Assembly (NCBI GenBank): GCA_024346625.1
Contig: AP024667.1
Coordinates: 248,001 to 312,000 of the forward strand
DNA length: 64,000 bases
Direction of reading: 5' to 3'
From: Williopsis jadinii
Lineage: Eukaryota
The translations under genes were made by a program, and so were the position numbers. The notes under the pieces were generated by a model. It was not told the origin of the DNA and ran no database searches. It worked only from the letters and a program-made list of their open reading frames with translations. Positions 1 to 12,075 of the stretch are shown here, one piece after another (position 1 is the stretch's first letter; each line of letters begins with the position of its first letter).

Positions 1-3000
1 ATCATAGTGCATGATGCACTTCAAGATGCTCACAACAATGTTGCATTACATTACGCTTCTCTCGGAGGAATAAAGTTCAGGTCTCAGGAAGGTTTGAAAA
101 AAACCTCACATTTCAGGACACTTCTAGACGTCAAAGCGCTTATAAGCCACAAGGAAAACATCCTCCGCCGTATATCATGCCGAGTTAACTTTGTACAAAC
201 AGCAGAGTAAAGCTTTTGCATTCAGTTCGACAGGTCGGCCGGGTCATTTACAAAATTGTCACAATGCAAGGACATATCTGAAGGTGCAGATAGACTATTT
301 TTTGTGGGTTAAAGATTGTATCACTTTATACGGCGCTTTTCGCAACGTTGCTTTGATAACATCCTCTATGCTAATTAGCGTTACAGGGAATTCGAAGATC
401 TCTCCATACCCGAGCAAGAGGACGGTGTTATACATATGTATCTATAGATTCCATATGGCCGATCATTGGTGGTAGTGTATGGACTGTAAGATCTCTTTCG
501 CACCGAGACGTCGTGTGGTTCACGAGGTCTCCATGACCACACTGAATAAATACAGAAGAACCCTATCATCGGTTTAGCTTGGAAGATTTGGAATACCTGT
601 AACCAACTGATGATTGCTTCTCGCAGTTGAAGACGTTGAGTGCCGTTAGACACGTCGGAAACTCTAACTGTCCCTCGCTCTGTGTAAATTAATTTGCGAC
701 TGAAAAAATATTGGTAGGTCCTACGACAGCCCACACCTTAGTGAACGGGGTAGGACTAATATAATATGTGCGATGAGGTTTCAAACGGTTGGCCACTTTG
801 TTATTAGTATGTCTGCTGATCAATTCAAGTGGTTAAGTCCCGACTTGTAAAACCTAATTCTAGTTTGATTCATATACGCGACGAAGACCCTGTGGTTCGT
901 GTTAACGCCAAAATGATAAGCGCTAGATGGGGTCCAAATATCATCCTATCGTACGTTTGTCAAGACACATGAGTCCTGAAACGAGTGAATAGCCTATTCA
1001 AAATCGTAAGATGAATGCTTAATGATGTCTTGCGAATACGTAATGGTAGGACGTAATTGGAAAATCAACACGCCGACTTTACTGATGAGTTTCAATCAAT
1101 GACAGATGATGTTAAAACCAACCTTGAAGCAAACGTGGAATTAACCTTACCGCGTAAGCACGATGGCTTTCAGTCGTCACGGACCTAACTTCCGCGATAC
1201 AAGGGTAGAAGTTTGCCGTTAGCGCTTTCCACAGTTTGAGACACCAGGCGGTGTATATCTTCCGGATGTACGAGTGATCTGTTGCTTGAATTATGCCCAC
1301 AGCCTTCGAAAAACAATCAAAGTCACCGACAGCAACTGAAGTTTACAAGTTCTATCATATTTGGCCGACCGGAGAAACTCCTACCGATGTATAGACACGG
1401 AGATAAACGGCAAACCATCATCGCCATTTTCGGTGTATCCAAATTTAGGACTTGAAATCTCTTTTGAAAACCTTTTGTCCGCAAGCTTGTGAATTTTGCG
1501 CTTTTTTCTGCCTGGAGAATGTCTTACAGTTGTCAAATTGTCAGCCTAACTTTACATGGACATAATTGTTAACATGCACCTAGATTGTGATATAACTGGT
1601 TGCTGCTCAACACAGACAGTATTGCGAACGTTTTCGCAACGGACTTTCAAGACCCAGCAATCATGAAACAGTGGTGCTTGAAGGAGGTCGGGAATTATTA
1701 ACGGTCCAAACGGTGATCCATGTCAGAGACATGGAATATGCCTCCGAAAGATCGAACCACTTCGAAGCCTCGCCGACGAACAAAATTGATCGACTATATG
1801 GAACAGATACCATCTGGCTGGTCTATGTTTATAAACGCAGTTTGCGGTGCGTTCTTTCTAAAAAGGGCAATTGTTTGTCGCTTAGGACAAGTTGTGGTGT
1901 GGCTCATAACAATACTCTTGTCGTGGCATTCATAGTGTGGTGGTTAGTCCCTGGTAACTTGCACATTTGTTCACAGCACCGTGAAACCATGTACAAATCC
2001 CAAATGTAGTACAATGTGCGTTTTAGAACCCCTTCCTGTTTCTTTTGAGAATTGAACACTGTGTAATACTAAGGTGCGTCGTTGAGTTGAGACTCGACAC
2101 ATTTCTTTTGAGGAAATTGTTTCTACTAAGCACCACAACTGAGGATGTCGGTGTGAGTTCAGCAAAAAATGTCTACACTGTAGATACTGCAGTTGCTTTC
2201 TATGCTGCCCATTCCTTCAACGTCAAACTGCACAGATCAACTAAATGAAGGGAATTCACCGAAAACAATTAAGCGTTAGAATTAACTCTAATATACAGAC
2301 GTTATTCATGTACAACCCTATAAACTTACTTCAACAGTTCACCTCACCTCAGATCTACACGGAACTTCCAGAACTAAAACTCTGACCCTAATCCAGGTCA
2401 TACGAGCAACGGCATTCATGTCGAGTCCAAGATATACAAAGGTTGACAACTAGCATTGGGCAATCCAATGAGTCTGGCCTTCTAGAATGTACATTGGACG
2501 CACGCCGTACATGGTACAGATTGCCATGTAATTTTACGGCACACTGGCCACATTGGCCACACATTCATTGAACGTTGTCCGGTTTTCAAGGGTGTTTTCT
2601 GAGATGTCAAAGCTGAATTCCGCAGATTTGACTGACGCTAACTGAGTAGACGTACTAAATGCGTGCCAAATTCCAATGTAACTGGATATAGAGAGAGTAG
2701 ATCCAACCAAAAACAAGGCTCAAGGCGATGATTAAGATGGTACGTTGCATCTATTCTCTATAGATGTATCCTGTGAATGAAAGCATTCAACACATTAAAA
2801 AAACATAGGGATAGAGGGGCCATGGGACTCGTATTGCGTCATGTATTTCTCAAAGCCGGACAAGAGCCCAGGTGTAAGGGTTCGCCGTGCCATTCCTTTT
2901 AGTGAGACGTAGCACGTAAATGATTGGCAAAACCAGTGTTACAGATAGCACTGATACACGTAGACCAGAGTTAGAGGAGAAGCACAATCTTAAACCCGTA

Positions 3001-6000
3001 TGAACCATTTGGCATAAGGAGCCGAGCTCTGACAAGTCCTGCTAGTACCATGCGCTGACCGGCTCTACTTGCATAGGCTAACAGGCCAAATATACTTACA
3101 AGGACGTGGCCACTAGGCATGTCCTCCACTTCCACCACACCAATCCCCGGTGGTTCATAAAGGCGCGGCCAATGACGCACATATAATGTACTTTACGTCC
3201 GGTGGAGATTAAATTTGGAAGCTTGGAGGGTGTTCACCTTAATTTTCTACACCACAACTTTTGTCTGCGTTGGTACGTTAATGTATATGAGCAGGCTGCC
3301 ATAAGGTCATGGATCTCGCACCAGGCCCCCTCTATTGTAGGGGTTTCGTTGCATCCGAGGCTTCACACTCATGCTTAGCCTCGGCCGTAGTAACAGGTGG
3401 GTCGACTTGACCAGGAGAAGATTATGAATTACCCCAACTAGGTGTGACTCTGGATCGGCTGAGTATGGTTTGCCTATGTCCTTTGCCCCTATTAGTCTCT
3501 GATGATCTCATGGTTGCTACCTCTCACAGTTCACCGTGTATTAACAACGTGGCCGTTGATGAACGACAGTTGATGCAAGCAGTAGCTTTACAGTATTATG
3601 ATTAAATGGAGCGCACGTATGCTTCAGCTAGACAGGCTGCTAGATTTGCTGGGTTGATCAACGTTTACAGAAGCCGAACAATGAACTGGAAGCAGCGCGT
3701 AGTAAATCTTTCAATGGCTACATGTCTTTCTTATTATCTGTAGCTAGCCTTAAGAGAACATCATGCTGGTGTAATAAGGTATGTTGATTTTTAAACGTCA
3801 AATGAGTTGTTCTCTACAGTCCATTACCCTCTGGGCATTAGATGAGATTTGATCAAGTTTAGTCCGCCTTTCAAGAAGAAATTAATTCAAGGCACAGATT
3901 ATCTCCCACACAGAATGAATGTTGGTTGAATTATCACCAGTCACAACGTTTATACAACAGTCTCAGGCCCCTAAAGTCGAAAGTAGCACACGATGATTGA
4001 GTCATCCATGGACAGACCTCCTAAGTTGAACCAGACTGTGAGCACGGAAACTGGCCTATAGCAACAACTTAGAACCCTTTTCCCAGTGTATCAAGACCCA
4101 GAGCCCAAACATGAAACAGTTGAATCCAAAATTAGCATCACTTGACGGAGGGAATGGATAATTCTAACATGCACTTGTATTCGAGCTTCAGAAACAACTT
4201 TAAAAAATTATTGACGTAGCTGATTCAAGCAAACTGCTGAAAATCAGAACACCTTTGCATGGTGATGGAAAAACATTGCACTTCATTGCAGCGCATATGA
4301 TCAGGTACACTAGGGCCTATGTGTGTATCAGTTGCTGTTTCTATGTACGAGAGTTTCAGAGTCAAGGTACCAGAACAACCAAGCGTGTTCAAGTACCTGG
4401 GATAGGGTAATATCGTGATGTTCAGTTATGAGAGGCCCGCTCTTGTCGATCAATGATGCCTTCTGCAGCCAGAACAAAGAAGGCTAGAGCACTATCGTAG
4501 GCAGGAGTGGCAAATGTACGGAGACTCCAATTTGAAAACCGCTCATGAGCATGGCCTCAACCGTCAAGTACTGTAAGGTCCTTATAAAACCTTAGAGGTG
4601 GGTTAAAATGCAACGAAACCAAAGTGTAGTGAAGTTGTTCAATCACAACGTATCTGTTAGGTTGTTTTGGGGCCTACAGATATATTCCAGGGGCACAAAT
4701 TAGCAATCATTCCATCAAGCGATACAGCTTCAAGTGTTTACTGATGTTCTAGCCTACATATGTGATACTGGTCTTGTAAAGTTACGGGCATGACAGTAGA
4801 TCATATTTTCAGCTTTGAAAACATTTTCCTCTCTCCAACTAGACAACATCACGCTATTTCGACACGAGCTCCAGCCTCAGAGATCACCGAAGCCTTTGCA
4901 ATCTATATCGGCGAAACACACTTCAAGATTGGGGAATTGGACTAGATCATTCTCCGGAATGCACCAAGAGTATAAGACCTTACGTATCTTGAGCTCTCCC
5001 GAGGAAACTCAAAAGATCTAAGGTCCCAATATCCAAGAACTGCTCGCATAAACCTGAAGCGAATGTCAAGCAATGCAGAGATCACCTACGCTTAAGTACT
5101 ACAGTACATGGACAATCAATTGATCTTTCACAGGAAAGTACCAAAAAAGCTTAGCTACTTGAGCTGCTGCTACCCAATATTACCTGCAACAACAGAAAAA
5201 ACAACACAGTGTGCATACAACAGCCCTTTTCTCGCCTCTATACGATACACGTATGCGGAATCATATACAATAGGCCCTTCTAGATGGTGGTTCGTTGCAG
5301 GCGAGCATGTTGTACAAGCCGCTTGACATTATTGTGATTCTTCAATCTTGTTGAACAGGAATGGCTTGTGCTTTGTTGGGTTGAAAAACATGACTGGCTA
5401 GTAAGCTGCACTCACTGCGCAGAATTCAGCCAGATCAAACCAGGGTAATAGGGACAGTTTACCACACAGAGTGACCCAGTAATATCGTCAGTTACTCCGT
5501 TGTCCGTTACTTCTCCACTCATCTGCCAAGAGCACATACCAAGGCAACGAGCGTCTTATTGTTTCACAATCTATGTGTTGATCGGAGGTAGACGTCCATT
5601 TCGGCACTTATCACATACTGCGTCCCATGCGCTGGTTGAATTACCCGTTGGCTTCAGAACAGGATGAGCAATGTCGCAATGAACACGGCAATCAAAACTT
5701 TTGCTTTCATTGAGCATCAACGCTGTAGCCCTTTGTGTGCCTAAATGATGAATTCTGTACTGCTGTTTCAAGTGCTACATAACTCGCTTGCAGATGCAAC
5801 GCACAGCCTTACTCCAATAACTTCTGAGCTTTCCAGCTTGCCAAATGATATGTCAGCAAGAGAGATCCCGGGATTTGAGGAAGGCAGTACTGTTATAAGC
5901 GGTGATTTGTAGCTTTTGAGGAGTGGAAGTTCGTCATAGCTGTTGCTGCTTCTTTTTTGCTTGTTTGTTTCCTGCAGTGGATTTGATTACCTCAGCGCCG

Positions 6001-6439
6001 TGGCAGGCGCTGGTTGAATTCACACCAATGGGGGCTCTGTAAATGTCAATCTAGCCCCGTTGCCAGTGATGTAATCATGACACTCGTGCTACATGAAGTT
6101 ATTCAGTTCTCATACGTTGTAGCCATTAGGTACGAGTATTACGGTGGGCAAGTGACCGTAGCACTACGTCATTGTCAGAGGAGGAAAGCATCTACAGTTA
6201 ATGTGGTGTAATGTTAGGGATACTGTGGCAGCAATGGGATGATAGAAGTGTTGCTGCTAAAGTGGACCAAAATGCGAATGTGATTTCGGCGAAGAGCGTG
6301 TGGTGTCAGTATTCGCGTAGCTGATAACTGATTGCCGAGCCAGTGAGATATACACCAAGAATCACCTACCTACAAGGTGCTTGGAGCTGATAGTGGGATT
6401 GTACAACCTGGATTTAGTTCTCTATAGACCTATTCCCTT

Positions 6440-8062
6440 TTACATCTGTGGTCCTGGAGCACCGGCACCTTCCTTCAAGCTTGAACGGCCAGCCTTGAGC
6501 AGTTCATCACACAAGAGGAGATTCGAGGAGATACCGACGGCAGATGTGATTGCATTTCTCAAGACACGGAAAGAGTCCCAAACACCTTCAATGGTTGGAT
6601 CGCATGAGTCACCGGCGTTAAGATCGATTCCAATGACACGACCTTCTTCCAACTCGTCTTGACAGGTTGAAACGACATCCAAGGCGTCAAATCCAGAGTT
6701 CTTAACGAGTGTCTTTGGGATTACCAGGAGGGCCTCTGCAAATGCCTGGATACCAGTTTTCGTTCTCCCCTTCGACAAAGAAGAAATGTTCTTGGTCAAA
6801 TGGTCAGATGCAGCAATGAAGAAAGCACCAGCACCTGGAACAACACTGTCATCCTTGATCACATTCGCAACGGCTCTTAACCCGTCACGTACAGCATCCT
6901 TGGTTTGGTTCAAGATGTGCATGGATGGACCCTTAATGAGAACTGTACAAGATTTTGGGTCCTTGTTTTCCGTAACAAAGGTGAACTTGTCCTCACCCAA
7001 CGTCTCCTCATAGACCTTACCCGAGAACCCGAGAACCTTTGGGGACAAATCGTCAACCGAATTTTGAGCTTCACCGCCTGTAACCAGTTGCAATCTCTCC
7101 ATGTTTCTTCTCTTTGCTCTTCTCAATGCCAAAATATTGTGCTTGGCTAACACATCTAGCGACATGGGATCAATACCCTTCTGGTTTATGATCACGAAGC
7201 CCTTATCAGAGTCCAAACCACAGACCTCATTCTTCAAATCAACAATCTTTTTCAACTTTTCATCGACAAACTTTCTTTCACTTTGAACAAGTTTATCCCT
7301 CTGTTCTGCAGAGCTGTAGTAGAATCCAGAGTTCACTTCTGTCTTTTCGTACTCCAAGGAAACGTTTAGAATCAATACGTATGCATTGTTAACAACCTTT
7401 GGCATATCCGGATGACGACCACCGTGATCGAGCACCAAACCTTTGATGAGTTCGGACTCTCTTGGAGATCCATGCTGCATTTGCATAATCTCAATCATGT
7501 GCAAGTCTAATCCTCTTTCATCCTTGACACTGAGCACGGCATCGGTAACTATTGGAACCAGTGTCTCGGAAACTTCATGTGGGACCTTGGTGGACAAAGA
7601 TGATCTGGCAACCTGTGATAATAACTCTCTATCAAGCTCCTTAGATATCTTGTACCCATCGAGAAACTTCAAGGTCTCTCTTCTTGCGATTTCAAACCCA
7701 TCAGTGATGATACGTGGATGAACACCTTCAGATGTGAATCTTTCAGCTTGTTTCAACAGCTCACCAACGAGTAAAACAACAGAAGTAGTACCGTCACCCG
7801 TGATCTCATCCTGCGCAGCAGCAGCTCTTGCAATCATAACAGCAGTCGGGTTCTGGATCTGCATCTCGCTCAACAACACCTTACCGTCCTTGGTCAGCTT
7901 GATATTACCAGCACCATCAACAAGCATCTTGAGCGTACCTTTTGGGCCCAAGTTGGTCTCCAACACCTGCTGTAAGCCTTGTGCCGCGGCAATGTTCACT
8001 TGCAAAGCAGCAGAGCGTCTCAGCGACTCCGCCTTTGGATTCAGCAGTTGTAAAGAAGACAT
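6440..8062 (-). CDS. CCT6: Chaperonin-containing T-complex subunit zeta
   Basis: Motifs [22 protein letters not shown] and C-terminal [10 protein letters not shown]. The first ATG is at 8062 (the track starts at an upstream TTG). Confidence 0.97.
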   Translation of the reverse strand: MSSLQLLNPKAESLRRSAALQVNIAAAQGLQQVLETNLGPKGTLKMLVDGAGNIKLTKDGKVLLSEMQIQNPTAVMIARAAAAQDEITGDGTTSVVLLVGELLKQAERFTSEGVHPRIITDGFEIARRETLKFLDGYKISKELDRELLSQVARSSLSTKVPHEVSETLVPIVTDAVLSVKDERGLDLHMIEIMQMQHGSPRESELIKGLVLDHGGRHPDMPKVVNNAYVLILNVSLEYEKTEVNSGFYYSSAEQRDKLVQSERKFVDEKLKKIVDLKNEVCGLDSDKGFVIINQKGIDPMSLDVLAKHNILALRRAKRRNMERLQLVTGGEAQNSVDDLSPKVLGFSGKVYEETLGEDKFTFVTENKDPKSCTVLIKGPSMHILNQTKDAVRDGLRAVANVIKDDSVVPGAGAFFIAASDHLTKNISSLSKGRTKTGIQAFAEALLVIPKTLVKNSGFDALDVVSTCQDELEEGRVIGIDLNAGDSCDPTIEGVWDSFRVLRNAITSAVGISSNLLLCDELLKAGRSSLKEGAGAPGPQM

Positions 8063-8440
8063 CGTCAATGAAAAATCCCACCTTGTTTAGGATAAAGAAA
8101 CCTCTTCTTCCTTTGCCTTTGCTTTTGTGTTCGTGATGTTTTTGTTTTTTTTTTGCCGCCCTGTTCGACGGATTGTTTTTTTTTCTAGATGAGCTTGCTG
8201 ACTAACAGATTATGTAATTTTGACCATATATATATATCAATACATGGCAATACCAAATGATTGGTAAAGGACTTGGTGCAAGATCAAGTCGACAGATGCA
8301 TTCATCAAGGTGGAGCTACAGAGGAATTGGCAGATAACCGTGTATTTGATCACCCGATGAGGGAGAGTGGGTGGTGGCTCGCTCATGACAACGTCCAGGT
8401 TGGAACTGACTGGAGCTGTGAAGTGTACTATATACAGGGT

Positions 8441-9538
8441 CTACTTTCTTTTAACTGGACCACCTGGACTTGTAGGCTTTCTAGCACTCAAAACTTCGCA
8501 TCCCTTTTCTGTTATGAGCAATTCGTGCTCGAACTGAGCACTTAATTGGCCATCTGCGGTTGTTGCTGTCCAATCGTCGGGCCATGTTGTATCTCTCCAA
8601 GTACCCAGGTTGATCATTGGCTCGATAGTGAACACCATACCTGGCTTCATAATACCTGGCGACTTGTTTCTTGCATAGTGAGCCACCTGTGGAGCACAGT
8701 GGAAGAATTTACCAACACCGTGGCCGCAGAAGGATCTGACGACAGAACACCCGTTTTGCTTTGCATGCTTTTCAATGATATCACCTAGGGATCTGAAGGC
8801 AACACCTGGCTTACATGCCGCAATGGCGTTGTCTAGACATTCTCTTGCAGTTTCAACAACGTTGATTGCATCCTTTGATGGCGTACCGACGTAGTACGTC
8901 TCGTTCAAATCTGCATGGTACCCGTTGAAGTAAACAGAGATATCGATGTTGACGATGTCACCATCCTTCAAAGGTCTCTTATCCGGGATACCGTGACAGA
9001 TGACTTCGTTCACAGAGGTACACACACTCTTTGGGAAGTTGTAGTAGTTCAAAGGAGATGGGTAGGAGTTTCTCTTTATCGTTTCATCGTGAACAACCTG
9101 GTCAATCTCGTCAGTGGTGATGCCTGGTTTCACAAGAGCAGCAGCAGCGTCCAAGATCTCTCTACCATACTCGGCAACTTGCTTGATGATCTTCAACTCA
9201 TCCTCCGTATAGATCGGGATCTTTGTTGTTCTATCGTTCAAGATTTCGGACGTTGGCTTACCATCAGCAGCGTAATCTGGCAACACCACAGTGTCAGGGA
9301 CTTCACGGCGGGCACTCAACGGATATGCCGGTCTCAAGTCACCTGTGAATGGGAAGTTTGGGAAAGGATCGTACGAATCCACACCTGGCTTCTGGTGCAG
9401 AGCCTTGTGCATTGCATAGCTTCTCTTGAAACACTGTTGGTCACAAAACACCGAGGTAAGTCCCTGTTTAAGACAGATGGGACACTTCAGCAAAGAGCTG
9501 GTCTCTTTACCACAGTCAGGAGCAGAACAAATAGTCAT
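8441..9538 (-). CDS. MAP1: Methionine aminopeptidase 1
   Basis: N-terminal C6H2 zinc finger (CSAPDC..CPIC..FCDQQC..H..H), plus YPSPLNY, NEVICHGIPD, GHGVG, FTIEPM and SAQFEH motifs. Confidence 0.97.
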   Translation of the reverse strand: MTICSAPDCGKETSSLLKCPICLKQGLTSVFCDQQCFKRSYAMHKALHQKPGVDSYDPFPNFPFTGDLRPAYPLSARREVPDTVVLPDYAADGKPTSEILNDRTTKIPIYTEDELKIIKQVAEYGREILDAAAALVKPGITTDEIDQVVHDETIKRNSYPSPLNYYNFPKSVCTSVNEVICHGIPDKRPLKDGDIVNIDISVYFNGYHADLNETYYVGTPSKDAINVVETARECLDNAIAACKPGVAFRSLGDIIEKHAKQNGCSVVRSFCGHGVGKFFHCAPQVAHYARNKSPGIMKPGMVFTIEPMINLGTWRDTTWPDDWTATTADGQLSAQFEHELLITEKGCEVLSARKPTSPGGPVKRK

Positions 9539-9794
9539 TCTTCTTTGGTTTACAGGGATTTGACACTCTAACTTGTAAGTTAATTATGTCGTTAGTATAG
9601 TGAAGAGAGCGAAATCTAAGCCTCAAAAAACTTTTCTGCTGTCCCTCCAACTCCGAGGATTTTCACCACTAACCGGTAAATATGAAAGGCCACTCTCAAC
9701 ACTCCAGCTACTAATCTGTAATGGTTCTCTGTATGGAAGGGATATATAATGCAATGTCTAGGATGATGCCAGTATATATACGATGCTTCGAGCT

Positions 9795-10323
9795 TCAATT
9801 GAGCTGCTCTGGTCCAAAACTGTGTGGTAGTAACTGAGATAAGGTCATATGGAAAGTCCCCTCCACGCCGTTCTTGAACATATAGATCGGTGTATCTTTA
9901 CCGAATTCTCTGATGAACTGGCGACATATACCGCACGGTGTTATAAACTCGTCCTTCAGGTCACTTGCAATGGCAATTGCCTTGAATCTTGTATGTCCTT
10001 GGTTCACTGCGGTGCATATGGTTGCCCTTTCAGCACATACACCAGCACCTAGATCAACGATGACATTAGTATCCACAAGGCGAAGGATCACACAGCTGAC
10101 ATACCATACGATGCATTCTCAACGTTCGCACCTTGGACTATAGCCCCGGACTCTGTTAAGATAGCACATCCGACTCTAGAGGGGACAGTGTTAGGCCTAA
10201 TATTCAAGTGTCGATGTCCATGGAGAGCAAACCATACCTGAACTTGGAGTAAGGTGAATAGCTCATTGAGAGTGATTCAATTGACTTGTTTCTTAGTGTA
10301 TCGATCTCTTCCTCGGACAGCAT
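9795..10323 (-). CDS. CDD1: Cytidine deaminase, 3 exons (10323-10238, 10175-10105, 10048-9795)
   Basis: The spliced product reads YSPYSKFRVGCA...GANVENASYGAGVCAER...PCGICRQ...LLPHSF. Intron 10237-10176 is GTATGG..GCCTAAC..TAG and intron 10104-10049 is GTATGT..TACTAAT..TAG. MAP1 and CDD1 are also neighbours in S. cerevisiae. Confidence 0.93.
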
Positions 10324-10582
10324 CCCTGTCTCGCGTTCGCTGATGCCTTGTACAACCATAACAGGGGAAAAAGCACCAAACTGATAAGGGCCAAATGATC
10401 CATAAAGATACACAGGGGAGCTACGCGGACGGGGCTACAAACCATTTCCATTTTCCCGTCCGGACTTCGGTTTCCGCCCACTTTCCCTCCCCACCAAAAT
10501 TGCACCTTACAACTGACTCCATCAGACAAAACTTATAAACGCACCCTTTTCCCGTTTCAACGTCTCCATCGTACGCTGGTTA

Positions 10583-11791
10583 ATGGTCACAGGCTACAGG
10601 AGGCGACTGGACATGACAAACAGCCACTATCTACCCCCGGAGATTCTCACGACGGTGTTGTCGTACACCGACGTTGACACAATCACACGATCAGTAGCTC
10701 AGGTTCCCCAGTTGAAGAAGTTGATAACGCTCAACATAAACGACCTGGAACCTTCTAAATGGCTGAATACTGTGAGTTTATCCGAGATACAGAAGCTGAA
10801 TCTTCACCTGGAGCCGCTGTTCAACAGATACCGCTTCTTCACCTTCCACATCACGAGAGTGGATGATGATAAGGACTATATGACTCTGTACAGGGTGTTG
10901 TCGAGATTGTTGAAGGACAGGGCAAGGCATGTAGACATAGTGTACGATGTTGAAGAGATCAACGTGACGCACCTCAAGATGCTGAAGTACTTGTTCCATG
11001 ATAAGCCAAGGCCGGAGCAGTACCGCGTTAGGTTCCCCAGGCTGAGGGAGCTGAAGACAAACGGCAACCATCTGTTGATGAACGACGTCGTCGAGTACAC
11101 ACAACTCCGCACGATGAACCTATACTATTGCTCGTCGAAGTTCTATTCAGAGGTGCTGGGCTACCTGAACCTCGACAGGCACCCGACAACGCTTCCGCAA
11201 CTGACCCAGCTGAAATTACAGGACTACATGAACGAGGAAGAGGATGTCTATTCGATGCACAGTAACAACTACGTGCGTAAGAATGGATACGACGATGACT
11301 ATGACGACGACTATGACGACTACGACCATAACTCCGACCTGGACGAGAACGAGTTCTACTTTGACGGGCTGGAGATAGTGCAGAACCTCAAGCTCACACG
11401 CCTCGAGTCCCTGGTGATGAAAAACTGTAACGTGTCTACGTTCAAGAGCATCGTGGCCCCACGGCTAAGGCTGCTGAGAATAATGGAGGTCAGCAATAAG
11501 CACATCGAGGCATTCGACCTGAACCTGGTTGACATCCAGGGCGAGGAGGAATCCATCAAGAGATCGTTCCTGAACTCCTCCGTGTCAACATCATGCTCCA
11601 TAGTGGGCAATGTGCTGCCCCAGCTACAATCCCTAGTGCTCATTGGCCACATCAAGCTAAGAGCCCTGACAAACAACACACTGGGAAACCTACACAGCGG
11701 CCAAGTGTTGCTAAGGGTCTGTAACTGCGAAGTCACTGACATCTCCAAGTTCCAAGACCAGTACAAACATTCGAACACCCTACTTCTATAG
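10583..11791 (+). CDS. F-box-like / leucine-rich-repeat-like protein, function unknown
   Basis: 402 aa ORF with an N-terminal LPPEILTTVLSY F-box-like motif, repeated LxxLxL motifs and an Asp/Tyr tract. The start could be the second ATG (10613). Confidence 0.65.
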   Translation: MVTGYRRRLDMTNSHYLPPEILTTVLSYTDVDTITRSVAQVPQLKKLITLNINDLEPSKWLNTVSLSEIQKLNLHLEPLFNRYRFFTFHITRVDDDKDYMTLYRVLSRLLKDRARHVDIVYDVEEINVTHLKMLKYLFHDKPRPEQYRVRFPRLRELKTNGNHLLMNDVVEYTQLRTMNLYYCSSKFYSEVLGYLNLDRHPTTLPQLTQLKLQDYMNEEEDVYSMHSNNYVRKNGYDDDYDDDYDDYDHNSDLDENEFYFDGLEIVQNLKLTRLESLVMKNCNVSTFKSIVAPRLRLLRIMEVSNKHIEAFDLNLVDIQGEEESIKRSFLNSSVSTSCSIVGNVLPQLQSLVLIGHIKLRALTNNTLGNLHSGQVLLRVCNCEVTDISKFQDQYKHSNTLLL

Positions 11792-12075
11792 CGCGCTAAC
11801 TTATCGTATTTATCTATCCCGGCCCTGTATGATTTCCACGAATCTCATGATGGTAGAAACTTCCAATCTGGTGATGCTTTTGAAGCCCACTTCCCCGGAC
11901 ACACAGGGCCCACTGCGAAAATTTTCTGCCAAAGCGAACAACAGCGCCATACAGGCGGCTCCGCTCACCAGCAGTATAAAAACAGAGCTCATCGCCAGCA
12001 TTTGGTTTGGAAACGGAAGAGAAGCAAACTGAATCAGCCACGAAACGGAGACAAGAAGCTGTGGTAAAGGACACA

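Noticed and set aside
1..6400. Intact retrotransposon or viral/plasmid insertion
   Set aside because: No gag, RT, integrase or polymerase motifs and no LTR pair or primer-binding site were recognisable. Highly decayed relics cannot be excluded by eye.
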